Of a stretch of DNA of 64,000 nucleotides, positions 1 through 7,178 are shown piece after piece. The number at the start of each line of letters is the position of its first letter. The stretch's first letter is position 1. The notes beneath the pieces are model-generated. The model was not told where the DNA came from, made no database searches, and saw nothing but the letters and a program-made list of their open reading frames with translations. Position numbers and translations under genes: made by a program. The stretch is from the IMG/VR virus record IMGVR_UViG_3300008055_000251; one strand, written 5' to 3'. The DNA is from a virus.

Positions 1-559
1 CGGTGAGATAGGCGAGCTGGTTGGCGCAGCGCAGGCGGACATCGCTGAAGAACACGCCGAAGCCGGAGCTCCCGTCATGGGAGTTGAACAGATGCAGGTA
101 GCGGCGCACCTTGTCGCCCGGGACGACCTCGTCTTCGGTGTCGATCGAGGCGGTGGCGAACACCTTGCGGCCGTCACGGATCGAGAGGACGTTCTCGATG
201 GTGACGTCCTCGTGGAGGTAGTCGAGCAGGTTGATCAGGGCGTCGTTTTGTACCGGGGTGTAGCCGGCGCCGTGGATGCCGAGCAGGGCGTCGGTGTCGC
301 TGCGGACGATGGAGCAGTGCTCCGGGGACTGCAGCGGGCCGTCCGGGCCCATGAAGAAGGCGGGGCGCTTGTCGGCGGTCCAGTTGAGGCCGGCGATCTC
401 GAAGGCGTCACGGGCGGTGACGTTCTCGGGGACCATCGTGCCTACGCGGCCGATGAGGGGATTCACGGCGTAGCCCTTGTCGCGGTAGCGGCCGTAGACC
501 AGCGGGCCGTTGCCGTCGGCGGCGTAGGCGGTGGTGACGCGGTTGGCGGTGAAAGTCAC
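1..559 (-). CDS. DUF932-family phage/plasmid protein (partial, runs off the window start)
   Basis: Manual translation from GTG at 559 is open to base 1: MTFTANRV...AFEIAGLNWTADKRP...SIVRSDTDALLGIHGAGYTPVQN...RRYLHLFNSHDGSSGF...VRLRCANQL; the NSHDGS and R-x-x-C-x-N-Q-L motifs are typical of DUF932. Confidence 0.8.
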   Translation of the reverse strand, partial: MTFTANRVTTAYAADGNGPLVYGRYRDKGYAVNPLIGRVGTMVPENVTARDAFEIAGLNWTADKRPAFFMGPDGPLQSPEHCSIVRSDTDALLGIHGAGYTPVQNDALINLLDYLHEDVTIENVLSIRDGRKVFATASIDTEDEVVPGDKVRRYLHLFNSHDGSSGFGVFFSDVRLRCANQLAYLT

Positions 560-618
560 TTGAGTCGATTGGCTGCGTGGATGAATGCGCGTTGTGCCGA
601 GGCGCGCCCCTCGGGGCA

Positions 619-647
619 AGGCTAGAGAGGTTGGGGCGGGAGCTCAA
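619..647 (-). promoter_or_regulatory. sigma-70-type promoter upstream of the DUF932 gene
   Basis: TTGAGC (647-642), 17 nt spacer, TAGCCT (624-619) on the minus strand. Confidence 0.5.
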
Positions 648-829
648 CCCAGACGGGTTGGGTCGGAAGCCGGGAACAGGATCTCGACGCCCCGCTCGAG
701 CAGGTAGGCCATGAGGTTCGACTGGGAGCGGCCTTGCGCATCAGCGATGGTGCAGATGCGCTCGTGGACGTGGAAGGGGAGGGTGATCGTGACCCTCTGG
801 CTGGTGCGCTTGTAGTTGGGGGTGTTCAT
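644..829 (-). CDS. ribbon-helix-helix DNA-binding protein
   Basis: RVTITLP beta strand followed by helices ...IADAQGRSQSNLMAYLLER, a CopG/Arc-like pattern. Confidence 0.7.
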   Translation of the reverse strand: MNTPNYKRTSQRVTITLPFHVHERICTIADAQGRSQSNLMAYLLERGVEILFPASDPTRLG

Positions 830-1095
830 GTGGGTGTGGAGGTGGCGTAGTGCGTAGCGGCCCAGGCGGGAAACTCGGGGTCTTCCGGGAGTGGGTAGCC
901 CTCGTTTTCCCAGTCGGACTCGTGCATGCCGCAGGGGGCGTACCAGCCGCCCTCGTCGCCGGTCCAGCCGGCGCGCCAGCGAGCACCGGCGATGCGGTCC
1001 TCTTCAGCCATGGCGGCTTCGACGGCGCCGAGGTGCTGGTACCAGGAGTCGCCGACCTTGGCGGCCATGGCGAGGTTGAAAGCGGGGTCGTTCAT
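826..1095 (-). CDS. hypothetical phage protein
   Basis: 89 aa ORF with 4-nt overlaps with both neighbours (translational coupling). Confidence 0.7.
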   Translation of the reverse strand: MNDPAFNLAMAAKVGDSWYQHLGAVEAAMAEEDRIAGARWRAGWTGDEGGWYAPCGMHESDWENEGYPLPEDPEFPAWAATHYATSTPT

Positions 1096-1352
1096 TCGCC
1101 TAGGTGGATGAGGTGGGCTTCGAGGTAGTCGCGCACCTGGAGGAGGTGTGCGGCGGCGCAGTCGCGCTCGGTGCGGGCTTTGGGCCAGGCGCCTTCGGGT
1201 TGGACGTAATAGTCCCTACAGTTGAACTCGATGTTGTTGAAAGCGGCAATAGCTTCCTGCAGCTTGGAATAGGCCTCTTGATAACCCTCGGCCAGCATCT
1301 TGCGGCTGGTCCCATTCATATGAACGGTGGGAAGAGTAAGGTCGGAAGTCAT
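1092..1352 (-). CDS. hypothetical phage protein
   Basis: 86 aa ORF, coupled to the downstream gene. Confidence 0.7.
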   Translation of the reverse strand: MTSDLTLPTVHMNGTSRKMLAEGYQEAYSKLQEAIAAFNNIEFNCRDYYVQPEGAWPKARTERDCAAAHLLQVRDYLEAHLIHLGE

Positions 1353-1355
1353 AAT

Positions 1356-1673
1356 TCAGTAGCTGATGTGAACGGTGGCGATGCCGTCAATCGGAACGCC
1401 CAGGCGGTAGGCGGCACCGGCGCTGAGGTCCAGAGACGCGCAATCGCAGCGGTCGGTCACAGGCACCGTGAGCACACGTCCTCGGTGACTGACCCGCACT
1501 CGGGTGCCGCAGGGGAGCCAGGGATGGGCGGCCGAGACGCCCCAGAATTGAAAGGTCTGGCCGCAATACGTCGTGCGGCCGTGATACCACTCGTGGTAGA
1601 CGGTGGCGGTGACGTGGCGCGCTTGGACAGGGGCGCAGAGCGCAAGCGCGGCGAACAGGGCGAGGCGCTTCAT
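1356..1673 (-). CDS. RlpA-like double-psi beta-barrel protein with signal peptide
   Basis: Start ATG 1673 overlaps the upstream stop; MKRLALFAALALCAPVQA signal peptide, then TATVY...AAHPWLPCGTRVRV...VTDR...LDLSAGAAYRLG matching the RlpA/DPBB pattern. Confidence 0.75.
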   Translation of the reverse strand: MKRLALFAALALCAPVQARHVTATVYHEWYHGRTTYCGQTFQFWGVSAAHPWLPCGTRVRVSHRGRVLTVPVTDRCDCASLDLSAGAAYRLGVPIDGIATVHISY

Positions 1674-1876
1674 CGGTCGCCCTCGTGCAAGCGGGAGCCG
1701 GGGGCGAAGTCGACCAGGATGTGCTCGAAGGCATGCTCGATGCGCTGCTTGTTGCGCGGGTCGGCCTTGTACCAAGCCTGGGCTAAGGCGCGGCAGAAGC
1801 CACCGCCGTGGATCTCCATCGAGGCGACGGTGCGGTGAAGCTGCTGCGGGGTGAGTTGTGCAGGGAGGTAAGTCAT
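1670..1876 (-). CDS. hypothetical phage protein
   Basis: 68 aa ORF with ATGA-type overlaps on both sides. Confidence 0.7.
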   Translation of the reverse strand: MTYLPAQLTPQQLHRTVASMEIHGGGFCRALAQAWYKADPRNKQRIEHAFEHILVDFAPGSRLHEGDR

Positions 1877-2217
1877 TTGGCTTCAGAAACAGAGACGTAG
1901 AAAGAGGGTTCGTTACTAGCGATGCCGCGGGATTGCTCCCACTTTTGGGTGATCTGTAGGCGCTCCATCTCGCGCTGCGTTTCGATGGAGTAGATCCAAC
2001 GATTGCGCTGCTTGAGCACGCACTTCACATCGCCCAGGGCGACGTTGGTAAGCGCCTTGGTTTGCATGTGGCTCAGGAGCCAGTCGCGTTCTGCGTCATA
2101 CGCAGCGGTGAGGCGCTGGATCTCGAGTTGCAGCTCACGCGCTCGGGAGAGGTGCTGGCCGACTTCGCCGGTGGGCACATAGGTGCGCGCTCGGCGCTTT
2201 ACGAAAGAGATGGTCAT
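1873..2217 (-). CDS. hypothetical phage protein (coiled-coil)
   Basis: 114 aa ORF coupled to the next gene. Confidence 0.65.
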   Translation of the reverse strand: MTISFVKRRARTYVPTGEVGQHLSRARELQLEIQRLTAAYDAERDWLLSHMQTKALTNVALGDVKCVLKQRNRWIYSIETQREMERLQITQKWEQSRGIASNEPSFYVSVSEAK

Positions 2218-2252
2218 AGTTCTTTGAAAAAGGTTGGCTGATGACTGATTCG

Positions 2253-2453
2253 TTAATCGGTCACCAGCAGCTGGCGGAAGGTGAACGGTTCGCCACGTTT
2301 GGCGTACTCGCTGAGGAGTAGGTCGACCTCGGTGGGGTCTTCCAGCCAGTGCTCGTGCTCATGGTCGTCTGACAGGAAATGCCAGACGGGATGAGTCTCA
2401 GGGCCGGGCTCGGGGTCCGGCGGGGACAGGGGTCGCGGATCGAGGCAGGTCAT
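2253..2453 (-). CDS. hypothetical phage protein
   Basis: MTCLDPRPLSPP...FRQLLVTD; start overlaps the stop of 2450-2629. Confidence 0.55.
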   Translation of the reverse strand: MTCLDPRPLSPPDPEPGPETHPVWHFLSDDHEHEHWLEDPTEVDLLLSEYAKRGEPFTFRQLLVTD

Positions 2454-2629
2454 GGGCCGGGGTACGCCATGGGCGTAGGCGGAAGGGTGTTGCTGGGGCG
2501 TTCGTAGCCGTAGTCGACGGCCATGGCGGCAAGGGCTAGGCCGAGAAGGAAGCCGGCGACGTGCTCGGCTGCGATCCATGGGGGCATGGGGCGGCGGCGA
2601 GGTGCGCGCTTGGAGCGTAGAGAGGACAT
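2450..2629 (-). CDS. small hypothetical membrane protein
   Basis: Manual translation MSSLRSKRAPRRRPMPPWIAAEHVAGFFSALALAAMAVDYGYER...; one hydrophobic segment; fits the gene packing. Confidence 0.45.
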   Translation of the reverse strand: MSSLRSKRAPRRRPMPPWIAAEHVAGFLLGLALAAMAVDYGYERPSNTLPPTPMAYPGP

Positions 2630-2658
2630 GGCAAAAGGTCAACTGATTCAGGAATGGG

Positions 2659-3387
2659 TCAGACGCCGACAAAGGAAGCGCCGACCCCGTGGGCTTCCAC
2701 GAACACGTCTTGCTTGGCGCCGTCGCATAGACGGCAGGTGAGGCACTGCGCTTGCGAGCCCTCGGCCGTCGCCGGGCACAGCTTGCCGCTATAGGGTGTG
2801 TCGCCCTGGGGGACGACAGCGAACGTGCGCCAGCCGGCGTCAGAGGCGGCGAGGTAGTCGGCGAATGAGTCACACGACGCCTGGAAAAAGCCACGCGCCC
2901 ATTGGGCGAACTCGTGGCGCCATTGGTGGGTGTAGCCGGTGTGGCCGTCTGCGATGGCGGTCAACGTGCGAACGACGGACTCGTGAAGAATCGCCGGATC
3001 GCCATAGGCACCCCAGCGAATGCGGCGGCCACGCAGGAAGCGGCTGTGCAGAGATGGGTCGTACTCGGGATAGGAGCCACGCTGAAAGGCGCGGAACACA
3101 GCGCCGACAGACTTGCCCACGTCGACGTAGCAGGTACGGACCCAGCGGAACCGCTTGCGCTTGGCGTCCCACACCAGGCGGCGGCGGTGAGGGCAGTCGC
3201 CGCAGATCGTGCGATCGTCACCGGACGCGATGGCGTCGAGCGGGTGTACGTCTGGGCGGAGGATGAACACCTGCACCATGTCGCCGGTCTTGGCGTTAGT
3301 GCTTTTGAGCGTCGCGATGGCGACGTAAGGCTGACCGTCGATGGGCGAGATGCCACGGTCGATCACGAAGCCGATTGGCTTACGCAT
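2659..3387 (-). CDS. Cys-rich conserved phage protein, possibly metal/Fe-S binding
   Basis: ICGDCPHR...TCYV, RWGAYGDPA, TGYTHQWR, QASCDS, CPA...CLTCRLCDG motifs. Confidence 0.75.
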   Translation of the reverse strand: MRKPIGFVIDRGISPIDGQPYVAIATLKSTNAKTGDMVQVFILRPDVHPLDAIASGDDRTICGDCPHRRRLVWDAKRKRFRWVRTCYVDVGKSVGAVFRAFQRGSYPEYDPSLHSRFLRGRRIRWGAYGDPAILHESVVRTLTAIADGHTGYTHQWRHEFAQWARGFFQASCDSFADYLAASDAGWRTFAVVPQGDTPYSGKLCPATAEGSQAQCLTCRLCDGAKQDVFVEAHGVGASFVGV

Positions 3388-3394
3388 TGCTTGT

Positions 3395-3413
3395 ACTCAC
3401 AGCGAGAGGATGA
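3395..3413 (+). repeat. 19-bp direct repeat copy 1 (ACTCACAGCGAGAGGATGA)
   Basis: Identical to 4639-4657; lies 7 nt upstream of the start codon at 3387. Confidence 0.85.
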
Positions 3414-3467
3414 GGCGCGAGGCGCCCAGAGAGCCCACCCATAGAAGGGAAAGGCTCTGGGGGCGAG

Positions 3468-3692
3468 TCAGGCGTAGGAGCGCAGGAGCGACTCGGCGGC
3501 TTTGCGCTGGGCTTCATTGAATGTCGCAGCGAGCTGTACTTCACCCGCTGTTGAGACAAACTTCCAGCCTTGCTGTATGCGGTATGGATCTACGCCGACT
3601 ATGTTTTCTAGGATCATTCCATGAACACTGTCGTCGTGGCGCACAAGCACCACTGAGAATTTGCGGGTGAATTGAATGTTGTCAATCAGCAT
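3468..3692 (-). CDS. hypothetical phage protein
   Basis: 74 aa ORF in a lower-GC block. Confidence 0.55.
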   Translation of the reverse strand: MLIDNIQFTRKFSVVLVRHDDSVHGMILENIVGVDPYRIQQGWKFVSTAGEVQLAATFNEAQRKAAESLLRSYA

Positions 3693-3847
3693 GACTTGAT
3701 CTCATCAATGGTGGCGTCAGCGGGTGCATCCACACCTCTGACATGGGATGCAAAGTGATCGAGTGCATCGTCGAGATCGACGCACTCGGTGATTTCAGTC
3801 CAGCCGAAGCGGCCGGAGGGAGTAAACCAGGAGATGCGGAAAGTCAT
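3686..3847 (-). CDS. small hypothetical protein
   Basis: Manual translation MTFRISWFTPSGRFGWTEITECVDLDDALDHFASHVRGVDAPADATIDEIKSC; overlaps both neighbours. Confidence 0.55.
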   Translation of the reverse strand: MTFRISWFTPSGRFGWTEITECVDLDDALDHFASHVRGVDAPADATIDEIKSC

Positions 3848-4023
3848 TGTTGAATCTCCAAGCGATTGTGCATTGTGTTGACAACATCCAGGCAGTTAGA
3901 AATGCTGTGCTGGATGTATTCATAGTCGGGATCATTGATGATGAGCTGCTCTACGTCAAAGAGCAGCCGCCACACTTCTAGGCACTTTGTGTAGCGTTCG
4001 TCGGCTGTAGTTGGGCGCTTCAT
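3844..4023 (-). CDS. small hypothetical protein
   Basis: MKRPTTADERY...; ATG 2 nt after the upstream stop. Confidence 0.55.
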   Translation of the reverse strand: MKRPTTADERYTKCLEVWRLLFDVEQLIINDPDYEYIQHSISNCLDVVNTMHNRLEIQQ

Positions 4024-4025
4024 AA

Positions 4026-4316
4026 TCACTCCAGGTAGAGGTAGTCGTAGTCGCCGGGATACTCGGCACAGTTACATGCCCAGATCCAGAGAACACGTTT
4101 GCGGTTCTCCTCGTGATCACACAGATCAGTGCGATCCCATGCGCCGAAACCGCGTAGGTATTCGCGGAATAGCCAGGCCGGGCCGTCGAAATCAAGACGG
4201 TCGACCCATGCGGAGACGTCCTCTTGACGGTCGCCCGCGCCGGAGCAATCGCAAACGCACTCGAGAGGGAGCTGCCGCAGTGAGGCGCGGCCGTGGAACC
4301 AAGTGTTGCGGTACAT
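4026..4316 (-). CDS. hypothetical phage protein
   Basis: 96 aa ORF, Trp/Cys/Asp-rich, normal packing. Confidence 0.65.
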   Translation of the reverse strand: MYRNTWFHGRASLRQLPLECVCDCSGAGDRQEDVSAWVDRLDFDGPAWLFREYLRGFGAWDRTDLCDHEENRKRVLWIWACNCAEYPGDYDYLYLE

Positions 4317-4350
4317 GACTAGGGTGCAAGGTAAACGATTCGGGAATCAG

Positions 4351-4632
4351 TCAAACGAGCTCGCGGAGATGAGAGAAGCCAGGCACCTCGTGAGCCCACT
4401 TAGGGCTAGGAAGCATGCGGCGCAGCTCTTTGTACAGACTTACGGTGATGTCCATACGCTCGGCGTTGTAGGCGCATTCGCGCCAGATTCCAGGCACGCA
4501 AAGGTGGCCGGCGTAGCCCTCGTCCCATGCGGCAACACGGGCAGCCACAGGGAGCTCTTCATCAACTAGAACGTACAAACGACGAGGGTTGCCGTTGGTA
4601 TCGTTGCTAGCGCACAGGTGTTGAAAGTACAT
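4351..4632 (-). CDS. hypothetical phage protein
   Basis: MYFQHLCASNDTNGNPRRLYV...; start chosen at ATG 4632 downstream of the 19-bp repeat. Confidence 0.65.
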   Translation of the reverse strand: MYFQHLCASNDTNGNPRRLYVLVDEELPVAARVAAWDEGYAGHLCVPGIWRECAYNAERMDITVSLYKELRRMLPSPKWAHEVPGFSHLRELV

Positions 4633-4638
4633 GCTGAA

Positions 4639-4657
4639 ACTCACAGCGAGAGGATGA
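4639..4657 (+). repeat. 19-bp direct repeat copy 2 (ACTCACAGCGAGAGGATGA)
   Basis: Identical to 3395-3413; lies 6 nt upstream of ATG 4632. Confidence 0.85.
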
Positions 4658-5297
4658 AGGTGCAAAGCACCTCAGCCAAACAACCCCCGGACGCAGTGCG
4701 CCAGGGGGAATGTCTGGGGGAGATGTTTTGTGCGTGCTGAGCAGAGCCAAATGCTCGGTGCCACCGTGGGCACGCTGGCCACGGTTGCTAGGTGTCACCT
4801 AGCTGCAACGGGGTGTCTCGCAGAGCCCGCCAGTATTGATCGCTGTTCACCACACGTCTAAGTGCAACCGGGAGTGTGCTCAACCGCAGAGGGCACAGGG
4901 TGCCTGTCCGATTGAGGGTCCGGTGAATCGCCGCACTTAGGGCATGGATTCCGTAGATGCTTGCAGAACGTGTGCCAAGGGCCTGTTGGGCTTGCACCGG
5001 AGCAGTCGGGGGCGGCCTTGATCCCGGACCCGCACTAAGGGTCGGGGGATCGGTTCGCCCGGACTGCAGCGGCCGGCAAGGGGATTTGAACCGCGAGGTT
5101 TTTCTCACACCTTGCCTGTGACTAGCTGTGCCACAGGGGATCGGTCACACCTTAGTCGTCGAATAGCGCAGCCTCAGATCCGTCCTGCTTTCGCATCCTC
5201 CCCCGCAAGCGGGATCGCTGGAGACGTCCTGAACCGCCTCTACCGAAAGGCTGTTCCTATCAATAGCTGACACGGTGGCTGTCACCCACCGATCCAT
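4658..5297 (-). ncRNA. candidate large structured non-coding RNA
   Basis: No credible ORF over ~950 bp in an otherwise tightly packed genome; many nested perfect helices (e.g. 4858-4865/4933-4940, 4851-4857/4968-4974, 5020-5031/5039-5051, 5075-5081/5110-5116); a GAAA tetraloop and a GGTTCAAATCC T-loop on the minus strand; promoter-like motifs directly upstream. Confidence 0.55.
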
Positions 5298-5303
5298 GGC
5301 AGT

Positions 5304-5332
5304 AGCCTTGCACAGCTGCCGCCGATTGTCAA
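5304..5332 (-). promoter_or_regulatory. leftward promoter, TTGACA-N13-GTGC-AAGGCT
   Basis: -35 at 5332-5327, 17 nt spacer, -10-like AAGGCT at 5309-5304. Confidence 0.6.
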
Positions 5333-5426
5333 CCCCAGCCGTTTGGCTTAGGTTGGCGCAACGGGTCCGACGGGAGCAGTGCCCCTTAGGGGATGCTCGC
5401 AAGGCCGGATCCGCTCCGATGTGACA

Positions 5427-5455
5427 AGCATTGCACCGATGCTCGCAGCTGTCAA
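5427..5455 (-). promoter_or_regulatory. leftward promoter, TTGACA-N13-GTGC-AATGCT
   Basis: -35 at 5455-5450, 17 nt spacer, -10-like AATGCT at 5432-5427; overlapped by direct repeat CAAGCATTGC (5425-5434, 5453-5462). Confidence 0.6.
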
Positions 5456-5617
5456 GCATTGCTAGTGGGTCTCTTGGTTCTCGGTCTGAGATGGCTGCGC
5501 CGGCCCTATAGGGATAGAGTCGCAGTGAGTCTCATGCGACGTAGAGTAGGATTGTGCGTAGTACTAATGAAGTCATATTCACTGCTACTAAATAAATGTA
5601 TATATGTGTCCTAATTA

Positions 5618-5995
5618 TTACTGCGCGCTAGCCTTAGTTAAAAGTCCGTTGATGATATCGGCTGGGCGGCACTGACGGACAACACACTCGGTGTCGAGCC
5701 ATCTGCGGTTGTTAGGCGTCAAAGTAATAGATATCTTTAGCCTCTCATTCTCTCTGCGTAATTGCTCATTGCTCTTGGACTGAGCGATGCGAGCCGAGGT
5801 CGAGCGCCAGCGGTCGAGGGTCCCCGGTGCGAGGTCGCCGCGCTCGGTGGCGTTCTGCAGGCGCTGCAGGATGCTCTGTCGCGATACCCCGAAGATTTCG
5901 CCGACGTCAGCCCATTTCACGAAGCCGTGCGCTTCGTAAAGCCTTTCGCACGTCTTGATGATGTCTTCGAGTGGTGTGTACCTGGGCGAGGCCAT
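5618..5995 (-). CDS. putative transcriptional regulator (N-terminal HTH, C-terminal RHH-like)
   Basis: VKWADVGEIFGVSRQSILQRLQ helix-turn-helix; LKISITLTPNNRRWLD...RPADIINGLL ribbon-helix-helix-like; start at ATG 5995. Confidence 0.65.
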   Translation of the reverse strand: MASPRYTPLEDIIKTCERLYEAHGFVKWADVGEIFGVSRQSILQRLQNATERGDLAPGTLDRWRSTSARIAQSKSNEQLRRENERLKISITLTPNNRRWLDTECVVRQCRPADIINGLLTKASAQ

Positions 5996-6021
5996 TTCAG
6001 GGTCTCCGGCGAGCAAGCCTA

Positions 6022-6050
6022 ATGGTTGCACAGCACCGCTAAAACGTCAA
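6022..6050 (-). promoter_or_regulatory. leftward promoter, TTGACG-N13-GTGC-AACCAT
   Basis: -35 at 6050-6045, 17 nt spacer, AACCAT at 6027-6022; same architecture as the motifs at 5304 and 5427. Confidence 0.55.
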
Positions 6051-6268
6051 CCCTGCTCTTCCTCGTCAGCGCTCGGCCCGTGGTAGATCCATTCCAGCTG
6101 CTGGCGGAGATCGGCCTCGTGGCGCTCGTCATCGACGTCGTCTTCTTCCTCTGCTTCGTCCACGGGGATCTCGACCATGATCCGGCTGATCCGGGGGCTC
6201 TTCACCAGGAGCTCGAGCAGCCACTGCTCATACCAGCGGAGGCCCGTGTTGAAGTCGTCAGTCGTCAT
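6047..6268 (-). CDS. small acidic hypothetical protein
   Basis: 73 aa ORF overlapping the sigma factor stop. Confidence 0.6.
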   Translation of the reverse strand: MTTDDFNTGLRWYEQWLLELLVKSPRISRIMVEIPVDEAEEEDDVDDERHEADLRQQLEWIYHGPSADEEEQG

Positions 6269-7127
6269 GGCCTTGGCGGGCGAGCTGCGTGCGGAGTTTG
6301 CGGAGGGCGGTCTGCTGAACTTGGCCGGCGCGGGAGCGGGTGAAGCCGAGCTCCTCGGAGATCTCGCGCAGAGTGCGGCCCTCGAAGTACCGGCCTCGGA
6401 CGATGGCTTCTTCTGTGGAGTTCAGCTGGGCCAACGCGGCATTGACATCTTCGCGGGCGGCTGTGGCGAGGATGAACTCGTCGGGCTCAGCGCCGTTGGT
6501 ACCTTCCGGGTTGGCAAGGATGTCGATCAAGGGGCTGGTGCTGTCGGCGCAGACGGCGTCGAGGGAGCAGCAGACCGTGCTGGTGTGGGTTTGTAGGAGT
6601 TGGGCGATGCGCTCGGGGGTGACGTCGACGGCCTCGGCGACTTCTTGGTGCGTAGGAGGGCGGCCGGCATGTGAGGTGAATTCGTAGCTGAAACGCTGCA
6701 CCCGGGTGATCAGCTCGTGAGTATTGATGGGGAGGCGGATCGTGCGGGCGTGGGTGTGGATGGCGCGGGTGATGGCTTGGCGGATCCACCAGTAGGCATA
6801 AGTGCTTACGGCGTAGCCGCGGGTGGGGTCGAAGAGCTCGAGGCCGCGGATCAGGCCGAGGTTGCCTTCCTGGATGAGGTCGGCCATGTCGAGGCCGCGG
6901 TTCTGATAGCGCTTGGCAATGGAGATGACGAGGCGCAGGTTCGTGACCGTCATCACCTCCATGGAGCGTTTGCCGGCGCGGCGGATACCGAGAGGTGCGG
7001 CGTCGCGGCCGTCCTCGTGGTGGAGCCAGGCGTGGATGCGGCGGCAGTGGCGTAGTTGCGCCTCCTTGGAGAGGACGGGGTGCCGACCAACCTGGGTCAG
7101 ATAGTCGTGTATTTCGGATTGGGACAT
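6258..7127 (-). CDS. RNA polymerase sigma-70 family factor (group 2/RpoD-like, no region 1.1)
   Basis: Region 1.2 IHDYLTQVGRHPVLS; region 2 NLRLVISIAKRYQNRGLDMADLIQEGNLGLIRGLELFDPTRGYAVSTYAYWWIRQAITRAI; region 3 RTIRLP; region 4 HTH TLREISEELGFTRSRAGQVQQTALRKLR. Confidence 0.95.
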   Translation of the reverse strand: MSQSEIHDYLTQVGRHPVLSKEAQLRHCRRIHAWLHHEDGRDAAPLGIRRAGKRSMEVMTVTNLRLVISIAKRYQNRGLDMADLIQEGNLGLIRGLELFDPTRGYAVSTYAYWWIRQAITRAIHTHARTIRLPINTHELITRVQRFSYEFTSHAGRPPTHQEVAEAVDVTPERIAQLLQTHTSTVCCSLDAVCADSTSPLIDILANPEGTNGAEPDEFILATAAREDVNAALAQLNSTEEAIVRGRYFEGRTLREISEELGFTRSRAGQVQQTALRKLRTQLARQGHDD

Positions 7128-7178
7128 TGGGGCATTGTCAACCTAATTAGGGCGGGAGAAGGTAAATGAAATGGAGGC

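Noticed and set aside
77-625. 182 aa plus-strand ORF from the track
   Set aside because: Antisense shadow of the DUF932 gene in high-GC DNA; the minus-strand frame has recognisable motifs
5230-5256. Group II intron domain V-like string (AGCC...CGGTTC)
   Set aside because: Only 12 nt between the two halves, too short for domain V; no intron-encoded RT or other intron domains
4788-5459. ORFs 4788-5108, 5145-5459 and 5393-5614 in the long intergenic region
   Set aside because: Arg/Pro/Ser-rich low-complexity translations, no coupling with neighbours, and they overlap promoter motifs; a non-coding interpretation fits better
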